Positions 50,170 to 61,772 of a stretch of DNA of 64,000 nt are shown one piece after another. Source of the DNA: a virus (taxonomy: Duplodnaviria; Caudoviricetes). The stretch's first letter is position 1, and each line of letters opens with the position of its first letter. Under the pieces are notes generated by a model. The model was not told where the DNA came from. It saw only the letters and a program-made list of their open reading frames with translations, and did no database searches. The stretch spans positions 32,001-96,000 of the IMG/VR virus record IMGVR_UViG_2630968879_000020; one strand, written 5' to 3'. The translations under genes and the position numbers were made by a program.

Positions 50170-50448
50170 ATGATTAAATCATTCAAGCACAAAGGATTGA
50201 AGCAACTTTTTGAAAAAGGAATTACTTCTGGTATACCAGCGCAAGATGCCGAGAGGATTAACGACCGTTTACAGGCCATCGATACAGCAAATGAAATAAG
50301 CGAGTTAAACCGTCAAATCTACAAACTTCACCCGTTGAAAGGAGATCGCGAAGGTTATTGGTCTATTACAGTCCGAGCTAACTGGCGCATTACTTTTCAG
50401 TTCGTCAACGGTGATGCTTATATTTTGAATTATGAGGATTATCATTAA
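50170..50448 (+). CDS. higB: HigB toxin
   Basis: [10 protein letters not shown]...[19 protein letters not shown]...EDYH. Confidence 0.92.
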   Translation: MIKSFKHKGLKQLFEKGITSGIPAQDAERINDRLQAIDTANEISELNRQIYKLHPLKGDREGYWSITVRANWRITFQFVNGDAYILNYEDYH

Positions 50449-50762
50449 TGAGACAGTTTAAAATTTCCCACCCAGGAGAGATTATCGCCAGAGATTTGGC
50501 TGATATGGGCATTAGTGGTCGTCGTTTTGCGCTCAATATCGGAGTAACTCCCGCTACTGTATCGCGTTTTCTTGCTGGTAAAACTGCGTTAACTCCACCA
50601 TTAGCAATTCGCATCGCTGCCGCGCTGGGAAGCACACCTGAGTTTTGGTTACGTCTCCAGAGTGCTTATGACCTGCGTCAATTGGAAAATAAAATCGACA
50701 CGTCTGGGATCGTTTTATACGGCGACCAAGACGAAACCTTGCAGGTCACTTCAAAGCATTAA
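50448..50762 (+). CDS. higA: HigA antitoxin
   Basis: [21 protein letters not shown]. Confidence 0.92.
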   Translation: MRQFKISHPGEIIARDLADMGISGRRFALNIGVTPATVSRFLAGKTALTPPLAIRIAAALGSTPEFWLRLQSAYDLRQLENKIDTSGIVLYGDQDETLQVTSKH

Positions 50763-51129
50763 GCAATAGTAAATGTGGGGCTACGCCAGCCTCGCATTTG
50801 CTGGAGGTTATCGCAGCTACCCAGTCACTACCCCCGCCATTTTCAGAATTCATCTTTCCGCTTTCTTATTCTGTGCGCTGTAAACCCCGTTCTTCAGGAT
50901 GGGAAGGATATCAAGATAGCAACTTTTGATAGCTGTTTTTTACCAAATCAAAATGTAGACAATTTGATAATTCTTTGAAGAAAGGTTGTTATTTTAGGAG
51001 ACATTCCACTAGACCCCAAATAGGTGCAAAGTACTAACTCGTATATTTCACTCCCCCTTTGGTTGAGATCTCTGTGAAGTTCCAATCACAGCATCGATAA
51101 AAATAGTATATGAAATAGATAAAAAATTT

Positions 51130-51181
51130 TTGACTTTCTGAGTTGTGGAATTTACAGTTCATATGCTGTATATAAATACAG
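51130..51181 (+). promoter_or_regulatory. Sigma70 promoter with LexA (SOS) box
   Basis: TTGACT-17 bp-TACAGT; CTGTATATAAATACAG at 51166-51181. Confidence 0.85.
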
Positions 51182-51256
51182 CATCTATAAGTTCAATATG
51201 TATACGAACATAGTAGACAAAAAATTAATTAAGACTCACTGAACAGGAGGTTCACT

Positions 51257-53266
51257 ATGAGTGGCGGAGATGGAATGGGTCATAACAGCGGAGCACACAA
51301 TTCGGGTGGCGGTATCAATGGTGGTCCAACTGGCTTAGGCGGCGATGGTCGAAATAATAGTAATGCTGCTTATTCAGATCATTCGGGATGGAGTTCAGAG
51401 AATAACGGATGGAGTAGTGGTCAATGGGGTGGTAGTTCCGGACCAGATGGCAGCAGAAGCGGCAATAGCGGTGACACCAGTGGATATAGTGGTAGACAAG
51501 CGGCCAATTCATCAAGATACTCTGTAGCTGATCTCCGATTAGTCAAGCCCGGCTATCCAGCAGCAACTTTTCCCATCGGAGGGACTATAAACGCAACAGT
51601 TTGTACCAAAGTGCCTGAGAACACTTTTACGAATTGGGGAAGGTATATAGACAATGCTAAACCTATAGCCGCACGCTTAGCAGGTGCAGCAAAGAGGACT
51701 CCAATAGGGAGAGTCGCATCATTCCTAATGGGTCTGGAAGATGGACGAAAGGAATTTACCGCAAAATTACAGCAGCAAATGCTAGACGACGCTAGAAAAG
51801 AAGCCGAAAAGGTTAATGTCACTGATGTTTTTCACGTGACCACACTCCCAGTAGCAACAATTCTTGCAGCACCCATTTTGATGGAACGTATTCGTGAACA
51901 AGGTAAAGTGCTTGCAGATGTGGTTAGTCAACCTGTTGTTGATACAAAAAGTAAACAACGCCAAATAGCGATTACAAGGCAACCTACTAATGTTCCTGTA
52001 GTCAAAGCTGAAAAAACAAATAAACCTAACGTTTATTCTGCTCAGGTTGTTGCTGGGATGAAACCTATACAAATTACTGTTGATAATTCAGCTCGTTCAT
52101 CCCTAGAACATCAAACTAAAGTAAATACAACCCCCGAAGTGGAAATATCTTCAACAACAGCAGCGGGTGACACTTATCACGCCATACTCGATTTTGGTAG
52201 TGAACATGATGCTATCTATATTTCTGTTTCCAAAGTTCCTACAAAAGCAGAAGAGAAAACGCAACTGGAAGAGTCTAAGCAAAGAGAGAAGGAATGGGCA
52301 GCAGCTAACCCTCTATTGGCCGCAGAATTAGAACTTTGTGAAGCTGATAAAGAATTACGTGATGCAGAAGCTACTGTTCTTGAAGCTGGTAAGACTCTAG
52401 ATACTAAAAGGAATGAACCGCTAGGATTAACACTGGCAAACCCCGAAAAATATCCTATCACGCAAAAATGGGATGAGTGTATTGAGTTTCCGGTTTATGC
52501 ACCGTATGCCAAGGTTTATTTTAATTTTTATGCAGTTGTTAATTCTCGAGAAAACCTGAAATTATTGCTGGAGAAGGGAGCTGAATCACTTTACCCAGAA
52601 GAAGTTAGTTGGAAAGATGTGTTTGAAAAATATGCTGCACCAGGGCAACTCCTTGAAGAGATTAGTCGAGGTGACACTGAAGATGTATTAGAAACAGGCG
52701 GCATATATACAGAAATGGCAATAGAGGAACTTAATTTTGCCAGAAAAAAATTATTGGAACAAAAGCGCTTAATTGCTGAATCAGAGCATGCCCTCACAGT
52801 AGCTCAAGAAAATCGGGAAAAAGCAAAGAATAAGAAAAAAGAAAAAGAAGAAAAGGCTAAGAAAGAGAATAAACGTAAGCAACCCGGTATAGCAACAGGA
52901 GATGGGACAGATGTTGGTGAGAAATGGCTGGAAGGTGTATCTAAAGAATTAGGATCCCCGATTCCCAAAGAAGTAGCAAATAAATTAAGAGGGAAAAAAT
53001 TCAGTTCATTTGATGAATTTAGGGAAGCTATATGGACCGAAATAGGAAAAATTCCTAAATTAATGAGCCAAATAAAATCAAAAAACAATAAAAAGGTTGT
53101 TTCAAATGGTAGATCACCATTTGCCCGTAAAAATGATCAGGTTGGTGGAAGAAAAAGACTTGAATTGCACCATGTTAAAGAAATTCAACATGGCGGTGAA
53201 GTCTATAATGTTGACAACCTACGAGTGGTCACCCCGAAAAACCACATTAAAATTCATTCAAAATAA
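51257..53266 (+). CDS. Colicin/pyocin-like HNH DNase bacteriocin
   Basis: E-colicin N-terminus MSGGDG.GHN, TolB box SGWSSENN.W, C-terminal ELHH...DNLRVVTPKNHIKIH. Confidence 0.92.
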   Translation: MSGGDGMGHNSGAHNSGGGINGGPTGLGGDGRNNSNAAYSDHSGWSSENNGWSSGQWGGSSGPDGSRSGNSGDTSGYSGRQAANSSRYSVADLRLVKPGYPAATFPIGGTINATVCTKVPENTFTNWGRYIDNAKPIAARLAGAAKRTPIGRVASFLMGLEDGRKEFTAKLQQQMLDDARKEAEKVNVTDVFHVTTLPVATILAAPILMERIREQGKVLADVVSQPVVDTKSKQRQIAITRQPTNVPVVKAEKTNKPNVYSAQVVAGMKPIQITVDNSARSSLEHQTKVNTTPEVEISSTTAAGDTYHAILDFGSEHDAIYISVSKVPTKAEEKTQLEESKQREKEWAAANPLLAAELELCEADKELRDAEATVLEAGKTLDTKRNEPLGLTLANPEKYPITQKWDECIEFPVYAPYAKVYFNFYAVVNSRENLKLLLEKGAESLYPEEVSWKDVFEKYAAPGQLLEEISRGDTEDVLETGGIYTEMAIEELNFARKKLLEQKRLIAESEHALTVAQENREKAKNKKKEKEEKAKKENKRKQPGIATGDGTDVGEKWLEGVSKELGSPIPKEVANKLRGKKFSSFDEFREAIWTEIGKIPKLMSQIKSKNNKKVVSNGRSPFARKNDQVGGRKRLELHHVKEIQHGGEVYNVDNLRVVTPKNHIKIHSK

Positions 53267-53280
53267 ACAGAGATTCATTT

Positions 53281-53532
53281 ATGAGTAAGAATAAACTTGA
53301 AGATTATACTGAAGCTGAATTTTTAGCCTTCGTGACAAAAATTTGTAACGCAGATTACGATACGGAACAACAAGAAGATTATGATGTCTCCGAGTTCGAA
53401 CGCCTAACTCAGCACCCAGCAGGAAGTGATTTAATTTACTATCCAGAGGATTGTGATGATGACTCTCCAGCAGGAATTGTAGCTCGCGTTAAAAAATGGC
53501 GTATAGAGAACCAGTTACCATTATTCAAGTAG
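53281..53532 (+). CDS. DNase-colicin immunity protein (Im7/Im9 family)
   Basis: DYTEAEFL...HPAGSDLIYYP...SP.GIV..VK.WR. Confidence 0.93.
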   Translation: MSKNKLEDYTEAEFLAFVTKICNADYDTEQQEDYDVSEFERLTQHPAGSDLIYYPEDCDDDSPAGIVARVKKWRIENQLPLFK

Positions 53533-53596
53533 TAAAATCCTATGTACAGCCCTCTACACGGGGGGCTGATATGCTCATTATCGAAGCTGATCCCAA

Positions 53597-53883
53597 TCAA
53601 AGATCTCCTATCCTATATGTATATTCTGCTCTTTCACTGTCATATATATCTATACAAGTAATATACTCCCCTACTTTAATTATCTTTCTGAAAAGATTTA
53701 CAGTAGTAGTTGTTTCTTTTTCACCAGTCCCCCAGTACAGAAGCCCCTCTTTCTCTTTATATGTTATGCAGAGAGGATACTTACCACCATTATCGATGGC
53801 GTAGCCAAAAATTTCCATTTCACGTACAGAATTGTCTGCATTTAAGAACACATCAAAAACTAGTGTGTCTTTCGTCTCAACTG
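53597..53883 (-). pseudogene. Hypothetical gene 5'-truncated by IS1
   Basis: The ORF start falls inside the IS1 terminal repeat. Confidence 0.45.
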
Positions 53884-53910
53884 GGTCACGCATTCAATCC
53901 GTTGATTACC

Positions 53911-54329
53911 TTAAATATAGTATTCTCTTTCAATAAAAGTCCCGATGACTTTGTCATGCATCTCCGGGGATTTTGAGTAACCGAGTGTTTTACGGTTCAA
54001 ACGTTTAATTCTGTTACGAAGTGTGAGATTTTCACGTTCGATACGTTGCGTGAAACTTTCCCCGACGAGGTGTTTATTTTTAGGCAACATATTGTAAGCC
54101 TTAAATTTATCTGTACACCAAAAAGCAACATTGAATCGTGATAATTTTTTCAGCCGTTTTTTAAGCGTTTTCTTGTTCCACCTTTCAAATGTGTGAGCAA
54201 TAATACGCTTTAACCGAGGCTCCCAAGCGTACCATAGCCAGCGTTGGCATTTTTTATTCCCGACAAACGACCACATCTCGTCAACTTCACCGATGAGCTG
54301 AACGTTGACATTATCCAGCGGAAGTGTTG
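53911..54329 (-). CDS. insB: IS1 InsB, expressed by -1 frameshift
   Basis: DEMWSFVGNK...TQRIERENLTLR..IKRL.RKT. Confidence 0.85.
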
Positions 54330-54605
54330 TTACGCATCGCGGTTTGAGTTTTTTAAAACACGGACAACGGCATTAATACTGATATGCAATGCTCGGGCAG
54401 TATCACGGATCCCCGAGTTGTTCATAGCAAGGTCAACGACTTGTTCTTTTATACCCGCTTGGCACGCTCGATAAGCGTACTCAAGTTGAAAGGTTCGTTT
54501 GCAGGATAAACAACGATAGCGTTGGTGGCCAGCATCGCCTTTACCGTGTTTTTTGACGAATTCTGTTTGTTGACAAAATCGACATTTTACTTCAACTGTT
54601 GCCAT
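54330..54605 (-). CDS. insA: IS1 InsA
   Basis: CRFC...HQRYRC..C..TFQL.Y.Y, GIRDTARAL. Confidence 0.9.
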   Translation of the reverse strand: MATVEVKCRFCQQTEFVKKHGKGDAGHQRYRCLSCKRTFQLEYAYRACQAGIKEQVVDLAMNNSGIRDTARALHISINAVVRVLKNSNRDA

Positions 54606-54665
54606 TTAACCTCTCCGAAAAAATGGCGATTATACACAACCATCAACAGATTGAATACGTGACCG

Positions 54666-54764
54666 ACAAAATGGCTTCACCGTCAGGGTTTCAGCTATAA
54701 GAAGCCGAAGGGAACGCCGCATAAATTTGATGTCGATAAACAGCAACAATTTATTGAAGCCTAA
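54666..54764 (+). pseudogene. IS630-family transposase fragment
   Basis: KWLHRQGFSYKKPKGTPHKFD...QQQFIE. Confidence 0.6.
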
Positions 54765-54859
54765 CAACAGACCTTGTTTAGTATCTTGTATTAGGCGACC
54801 GCTCAGGCGGTCGTCCATCTGATAAATAGGGTTTATCGCTCAATTGCAGAGGATCAAAC

Positions 54860-55659
<800 letters not shown>

Positions 55660-55942
55660 GGTAAAACCCTCCTTCATTGTACATATTTAAATAGTACATT
55701 ATGTTTTAAAATAGCACAATTTGTACGCCATGAAAACATACAGGTAATGTGCTTAAATTTGCAATTGATTCAACTGGGGAAATATTCCTCTTCTATGTTA
55801 GTTTTCATTAAAACCATTCTCTGTGACTCCAGACTAATTACGTCTGGAGTCACAATATTTAATCGACTATATTTAAATCAAAATAAAAAGCACAATAAGA
55901 TTGTTTATAACAATAAATTATTTATAAAAATAAGGCATATAA

Positions 55943-57052
55943 ATGAACAAGTATGGTAATAACGATTCATATCGCATAAATGAGTATGTAGGTATAAATA
56001 CTATAAATTATTTATATATGATAGGTAATTACTCACTTATTGAATTGGAAGAAAAATTACAAAATGAATATAGAGTGAGAGATTTAATTAGTATGTGGGT
56101 AAAGGTTTCCTTACTTATTACTAGGCGCAGGCCAGAGATTGCTATTTCATCATTACTGGCTCACCTCTTACCTATTATTGGTGATCTAGATATAAGAAAA
56201 TGTACAAAAATTCAATTGAATCGAGTATTTAATTACTTACTCTCCGATAATAAAGTTAACGAAGCTAAACGAGTCTTTGCTCTTACAAAACAGTTCCTTT
56301 CATGGTGTGAACATCAAGGGTACATAGAGTTAAATCCATTAGCCTCAATGACACGTAAAGATGTTGGCGGAAAGACTCCTGAACCACGTAGCCGCTCGTT
56401 ATCAGATGCCGAAATATGGTGTTTTTGGCATGGATTAGACATGTGGGATTTCAGCGATCAAATTAGATGGGGACTGCGTTTTTGTTTGCTAAGTGCCAGA
56501 CGACCGGATGAAGTTTTCAGAGCAAAAAAAAGTGAGTTTAATCTTGAATCTAGCATATGGAGACAGGGCAACCGTAACAAATCACGCCGCAATCACTCAT
56601 TACCTATTAGTGAAATGATGGGAACTTGCTTAGAAAATCTCTTTAAAGCCTCTCCTAACAGTGAGTGGCTTTGCCCATCACCTAAATATCCGAGCGAACT
56701 CATATCGAAAGGTGCACCAGCGCAATGTATACGTCGCATGGTTCGTGACCATCTTCACTTTGGGTTGGAAGAGTTTACCCCTCGAGACTTGCGCAGAACA
56801 GCCAGAACCAAGCTGGCAGCATTAGGGATTCAAAATGATGTATCACGTAAAATAATGAACCATGCTCTTGAAGGAATAGACAGAGTGTATGATAGGCATG
56901 ATTACTTTGGACAGATGCGGGATGCGCTTGATTTGTTTTCAAACGAAGTTAAAAGGATTGTAGAAGCAGATTCTTACCGAAATTTAAACCATGATTTTGA
57001 AGTAGGCAGCCTATCATTACCGCCTACTTCAAAAATCTATTGTGAAGATTAG
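55943..57052 (+). CDS. Tyrosine recombinase/integrase
   Basis: ARRPDEV, PRDLRRTA (R in place of the usual H), MNHAL..IDRVY; true start probably downstream. Confidence 0.85.
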   Translation: MNKYGNNDSYRINEYVGINTINYLYMIGNYSLIELEEKLQNEYRVRDLISMWVKVSLLITRRRPEIAISSLLAHLLPIIGDLDIRKCTKIQLNRVFNYLLSDNKVNEAKRVFALTKQFLSWCEHQGYIELNPLASMTRKDVGGKTPEPRSRSLSDAEIWCFWHGLDMWDFSDQIRWGLRFCLLSARRPDEVFRAKKSEFNLESSIWRQGNRNKSRRNHSLPISEMMGTCLENLFKASPNSEWLCPSPKYPSELISKGAPAQCIRRMVRDHLHFGLEEFTPRDLRRTARTKLAALGIQNDVSRKIMNHALEGIDRVYDRHDYFGQMRDALDLFSNEVKRIVEADSYRNLNHDFEVGSLSLPPTSKIYCED

Positions 57053-57432
57053 TTACTTGTTGCTTTGCTGATAAATTCATCAGCAATCATTGCGGCCTTT
57101 GTAACATCACCAATATCGGCGCCTTTAAAGTTACGATACGCTTCTAATACTTTCACTTCATCCTTAGAGAGGGTACGGGCATTCTTTTCATACATTGCAA
57201 AGATTTCAGGGTAACGGGTCTTCATAACAATTCTGAACAAGACCCCCTCATCAATTCCTAAAACCTTAGCAAAAATATGTATTTTTTCAACTGGAAACAA
57301 CATCTTGCCACTTTTTAGCATAGAAATATTATTGTGAGCTGAATACCCTACCTCTTCTGCAATCTTAGCCTGCGACTTCCCACTAGCCAGAATTGCAGCA
57401 GCTAAAAAGTCGCCGATAACATTTTTACTCAT
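57049..57432 (-). CDS. XRE-family HTH regulator (candidate repressor)
   Basis: KSQAKIAEEVGY....NISMLKSGK..FP. Confidence 0.75.
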   Translation of the reverse strand: MSKNVIGDFLAAAILASGKSQAKIAEEVGYSAHNNISMLKSGKMLFPVEKIHIFAKVLGIDEGVLFRIVMKTRYPEIFAMYEKNARTLSKDEVKVLEAYRNFKGADIGDVTKAAMIADEFISKATSN

Positions 57433-57694
57433 TTCTTGTGCCTTATTTAATGTGAGTTTTGTAATTTAAAGGTTTTAACAATATACACGCTAAAGACAAT
57501 ATAAGTAAATACCTATCTATTAACAGCCATTAACTATGACATATAAACCCAATCAACCTCATGTATTTCATGCCCAATTTAAAAATGAGAATAAAAACAA
57601 TTGCCTTTATTGAGCTCTAATTTATATAATCTAACCTCCAATAAAGAATTATCAATATAAGTACTTAGTTACATACAAAAGAGGCGTTAATTAC

Positions 57695-57907
57695 ATGGCA
57701 GCGATAACAGGATTGCTTGAAAAAATGGAGTCAGGCAAATACGTTCTTTTGACTGAAAATGAAATGGCTGAAATCATGGGCGAAGCCTCTAACAATCTTT
57801 TGCAAATTTATACGTCTAATGACCTAATTATTCATCACATTACAGTCAATGGTGAGTTTTATATGTTGGCAGATACAGGGGCTTCACGAGTTTTAACTCA
57901 ACGTTAG
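57695..57907 (+). CDS. Hypothetical protein
   Basis: GAGG RBS; divergent from the XRE gene; terminator at 57931-57967. Confidence 0.55.
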   Translation: MAAITGLLEKMESGKYVLLTENEMAEIMGEASNNLLQIYTSNDLIIHHITVNGEFYMLADTGASRVLTQR

Positions 57908-58013
57908 AAAATCCACATACCTTTCAAATAAAAAGCGTATAGATTGACTGCCTATACGCTTTTTTTATTATTTCTGCACTGAAAAACACGTAACACCATG
58001 AAAAGGAAAAAAA

Positions 58014-60140
58014 ATGACAACAAATAAGAGAATAAGACATGAAGTCCTAATTTTTCGTGAATCGCTTCAAACAGTCGTTAGCCTTTTAGCAGCAAAGAAA
58101 ATCAAAGTAGTAGATTTTGGCTCACAAGCGTATTGCGCATATAACAAAAAGACCGGCGAACTTGAATACATCAATATCCCGTCAATTCCAGACACAGCCT
58201 CTGATACATTGCTTAATGTCATACGTGGGTTTATAGACCATGAAGTTGCACACGTCTTGTTTACTGACCAGAAAATTTCAGCCTTTTTTTCAGATAAAAA
58301 GGCGCACTATGTTTGGAACGTCATCGAAGACACATACATTGAGCGGAAAATGTCCTCAATGTTTCAGGGAAGTCGTCAAAATTTACTTAAGACGCAGAAA
58401 CATATAATTGAAAATTATTTTTTCCCTAAAATAGATGGTTACATTCATAGTTACTCAGAAAATACTCGCACTCTGTTTCTGGAAGTATTTTTGATGCCAA
58501 TTTCACGAGCACTCTGCGGCCATACACCATTTATGGACTTTATGGAGCCATATTGGGATATGTTTGAAAGTGAGCTAGCCGTGCTTGATTCAATCAATTA
58601 TAAAATCCGCATAAACCGTATCACTAAATCAGAGGGTTCGGCTAAGTTAGCTGCCGATTTGTTACGCGCATTCCGCCTTGATGAAGAAAAGATAGAAAAA
58701 GAAAAATGTGAAAAACCGTCTAAAACCGAAAAAGGAACAACGCCAAGTAAAGAACTAGAATCAACTGAAAGGGTGAAAGACGAAAAAAGCACCAAAAAAG
58801 AACCCGATTTTCCCGACAAAAAAGACACGTATTCAGATACTGATAAAAAATCAGAAAATAATGAAATACCAAAAAACGATGATAAAACCAAAGAATCGAA
58901 GAGTGATCATAATAATGAGCTAAGGAAGCCAGAACTAGAGGGAAGTGGTGAATCTGAGTCCAAAAAACTTGATCGGGAGTCAATTGGTAATTCAGGTTTA
59001 GGCGATGACTCTGATAAATCAGATAGTGATTTAGGTTCAATCAGTTCAGAGGAATCGGAGAAATTGACGGCAGAAGATATAGCCGAATTAGAATCAGATG
59101 ATGCCCCGAAGTCTACAAGCGTAGAAGATGCAGCCAACGAAATGATCTCTGATGAGATTAAATCCGTCCATTCAGATGCTTATTTGCCGTTCACCCGCGT
59201 TAATGATTTCATGGGATTGTTGGAGAATGCATCAGAGTTTATCAGGAATGGAACAAAGCGTGTTGGTGGAGCTGTTTGGGCTGATAGTTCACATAGTTAT
59301 TATGAAGTTAACGAAAAATTGGGACTGAGTAGTTTCAAAAAATTTATTGGGCCACAGCTCACTAACAAATCGCAAACCCTATCGAAAGATTTAGAACGAG
59401 CAATTGCCAGCAAAAACCGAGTACAAAAGGTCAATGGATTACGTAAAGGCAAAATTAACTCGTCAAGTTTATGGAAGATTGCGCTGCCTACTATCAATGA
59501 TGACAGAGTATTTTCTAAAAAATACGACCATAAAGCAGTTAACGCAGCCGTTCAGCTTGTTATTGATCTATCCGGTTCTATGGGCGGAAAACGCATTATG
59601 CTCGCAACTGCTGCTGCCTACGCTTTATCTGATGCCTTAGATAAAATTAAAGTACCAAACATAATCACTGGCTTTACAACTGTTGGTTTAATGCGTGGCA
59701 GTGATATCAGTTGCAACCGTTATGAGCCTTTGTTTCTACCAATGCTAAAAAACTGGAACGAAAAAGTTAATTCCAGTACCGCAATGGCTAGATTAGGAGC
59801 ATGTATTAATCACATTCCGTTATGTAATAATGTGGACGGGGAAAGCATTCTTGCCCTGTCGCGCCACCATGCAGGTAGAACTGAGGATAAGCAAATTATG
59901 CTTGTCCTTTCTGATGGCGCTCCTTGTGCTAAAGGTCATGGTTTTAGCAAGCATTTAGTTGAATCTGCTGATTATTTGATAAATAAGGCCAAAATTGATT
60001 TGCTGGCTGTTGGTATACAGACAAGTGATCCAGCAAGATTTTACAAGCACCATACTAAGGTTAATTCAGTGGATGATTTGCCGAAAACAGTGATTACAGC
60101 AATCCGCAACGCGCTACTAGGGAATGTTATAGCCCTTTAA
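58014..60140 (+). CDS. CobT-like metallopeptidase-vWA protein
   Basis: HEVAH plus NVIED, acidic linker, MIDAS DLSGSM, VLSDGAP. Confidence 0.85.
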   Translation: MTTNKRIRHEVLIFRESLQTVVSLLAAKKIKVVDFGSQAYCAYNKKTGELEYINIPSIPDTASDTLLNVIRGFIDHEVAHVLFTDQKISAFFSDKKAHYVWNVIEDTYIERKMSSMFQGSRQNLLKTQKHIIENYFFPKIDGYIHSYSENTRTLFLEVFLMPISRALCGHTPFMDFMEPYWDMFESELAVLDSINYKIRINRITKSEGSAKLAADLLRAFRLDEEKIEKEKCEKPSKTEKGTTPSKELESTERVKDEKSTKKEPDFPDKKDTYSDTDKKSENNEIPKNDDKTKESKSDHNNELRKPELEGSGESESKKLDRESIGNSGLGDDSDKSDSDLGSISSEESEKLTAEDIAELESDDAPKSTSVEDAANEMISDEIKSVHSDAYLPFTRVNDFMGLLENASEFIRNGTKRVGGAVWADSSHSYYEVNEKLGLSSFKKFIGPQLTNKSQTLSKDLERAIASKNRVQKVNGLRKGKINSSSLWKIALPTINDDRVFSKKYDHKAVNAAVQLVIDLSGSMGGKRIMLATAAAYALSDALDKIKVPNIITGFTTVGLMRGSDISCNRYEPLFLPMLKNWNEKVNSSTAMARLGACINHIPLCNNVDGESILALSRHHAGRTEDKQIMLVLSDGAPCAKGHGFSKHLVESADYLINKAKIDLLAVGIQTSDPARFYKHHTKVNSVDDLPKTVITAIRNALLGNVIAL

Positions 60141-60300
60141 ATACGTAAAAAATTAATACTGTGCTCCCATAATATATTTATAGGTTTTCTATAAAATTCA
60201 CATAAATTAGCAGGTATTAACTTACTTACATAATATTTTTATGTAAGATATAACTATAAGTTAAAACGATAACAGCAATGCAGATTAAGGTTACAAGAAA

Positions 60301-61587
60301 ATGTCAAAAGAAGCTGACGAAAAGAAGATTGCAGCTATTCACTGCGCACTTTGCGGGAAACCAGATGTAATGATGAAGCGGCACTTCATTCCTAAAGATG
60401 GTGAGTATCTGTGCTCTAAGCATCCGACCTATGAGGACAATACACCTATGAGTCCAGACGATGCCTTAGCAGAATACAAGCGTCTCTATCCTAACATGCA
60501 GACGATCTCACCTAGCGCATTGGACGCATGGCGTAAAAAGCAGGAGAAAAAGCTATCAGAAGAAAGCACAAAGGTAACAATGTCCACTACAGCGGATATC
60601 TCTGACACAAAAACAACCACAATTCACGGTCATGTTGGTATGACAGAATACCGTACTGAACGAGTAGCAGTAAATGAAGTGCTTGGGCTTCCAACTGGAC
60701 ACCTGTGCAATGCACTAGGCAAGCCAATTGTTACTGAGGTTTTTATTAATCGACCATTCCCAGAATTTGTGCCGGAAGTAAAAGAATCATACGTATTCAA
60801 TGATATTGAATTAATTAAAGATACATTGATGATGTTTACTACCGGAATGCCGGGTTATCTGTGGGGACACTCAGGGACTGGCAAATCGTCCTTGCCAACG
60901 CAAATGGCTGCTCGTTTAGGTCGGCCACTGATCCGCTCCCAGCACACGGCATCCACAGAAGAATCACACATTACAGGACAGATACTTGCCAAAGATGGTC
61001 GTACTTATTTTGAACCGGGACTTCTGACCTTAGCAATGAAGCATGGCTTTATCTATCTGGCCGACGAATACGATTTTGCTTATCCGCAAATTCTCTCTTT
61101 GTATCAGCCGGTACTGGAGGGAGAACCTTTGATCCTGAAAGAAGCAACACCGGAATGGCGAAAGACGACTCGCCATAAACATTTTGCCTTTGTTGCCACC
61201 GGAAACACAAACGGCTCTGGTGATGAAACTGGACTTTATCAGGGTACAAACCAGCAAAACGCAGCTAACTACTCACGTTTTGCGCTGGTATCAAAAGTGG
61301 AATACATGCCGGAAGCACAAGAAACCGCAATTCTAGTTTCACATGGTATACCTGAACAAATGGCTAAGAATCTGGTCAAGTTTGCTAAACGCTGCCGTGA
61401 TGCATATGAAGCTCACGAAGTCTCCCAACCAATTGGCCCTCGTGAATTGCTGAATGCAGGCATTGTCGGTGTAATGCGTAACGACCCCGTACTCGGATTA
61501 CAAAAATCCTATATCAACAAATTGCCTTCTGCCTCTGCTGTAGCAACTGGCGAGTTTGCGCAACGGATATTTGGTAAGGCCGCGTGA
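60301..61587 (+). CDS. CobS/MoxR-like AAA+ ATPase
   Basis: GHSGTGKS, YLADEYD, ATGNTNG.GD..G.Y.GT, GPRELL. Confidence 0.88.
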   Translation: MSKEADEKKIAAIHCALCGKPDVMMKRHFIPKDGEYLCSKHPTYEDNTPMSPDDALAEYKRLYPNMQTISPSALDAWRKKQEKKLSEESTKVTMSTTADISDTKTTTIHGHVGMTEYRTERVAVNEVLGLPTGHLCNALGKPIVTEVFINRPFPEFVPEVKESYVFNDIELIKDTLMMFTTGMPGYLWGHSGTGKSSLPTQMAARLGRPLIRSQHTASTEESHITGQILAKDGRTYFEPGLLTLAMKHGFIYLADEYDFAYPQILSLYQPVLEGEPLILKEATPEWRKTTRHKHFAFVATGNTNGSGDETGLYQGTNQQNAANYSRFALVSKVEYMPEAQETAILVSHGIPEQMAKNLVKFAKRCRDAYEAHEVSQPIGPRELLNAGIVGVMRNDPVLGLQKSYINKLPSASAVATGEFAQRIFGKAA

Positions 61588-61772
61588 TAGGTTGTTTTGG
61601 CTCTATCACTACAGCCTCAGAAAAGTCGTCGCTTTGTTGTGCTTGTACACATAAAGAGACGTGCCATACAGAGGCGCAGAAACGAATGATCTCTATCTTT
61701 GGCAAATTTGAAGGCTTCCCTATGGACGCAGGGAAGAAAAAAGGTAAAAAGAATGCAGGCTCTCCTTGCTAG
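61584..61772 (+). CDS. Small Cys-rich hypothetical protein
   Basis: GCFGS...CCAC....C; overlaps both neighbours. Confidence 0.5.
   Translation: MIGCFGSITTASEKSSLCCACTHKETCHTEAQKRMISIFGKFEGFPMDAGKKKGKKNAGSPC

Larger units (their letters stand above)
53884..54664 (-). mobile_element. IS1-family insertion sequence
   Basis: IRs GGTCACGCATTCAATCCGTTGAT / GGTCACGTATTCAATCTGTTGAT; insA and insB with A6C frameshift; no target duplication seen. Confidence 0.9.

Noticed and set aside
50883-50908. IS200/IS605-like end hairpin
   Set aside because: Degenerate, with no tnpA/tnpB or partner end
58014-61587. Cobalamin biosynthesis
   Set aside because: No cobN or other cob genes in the window
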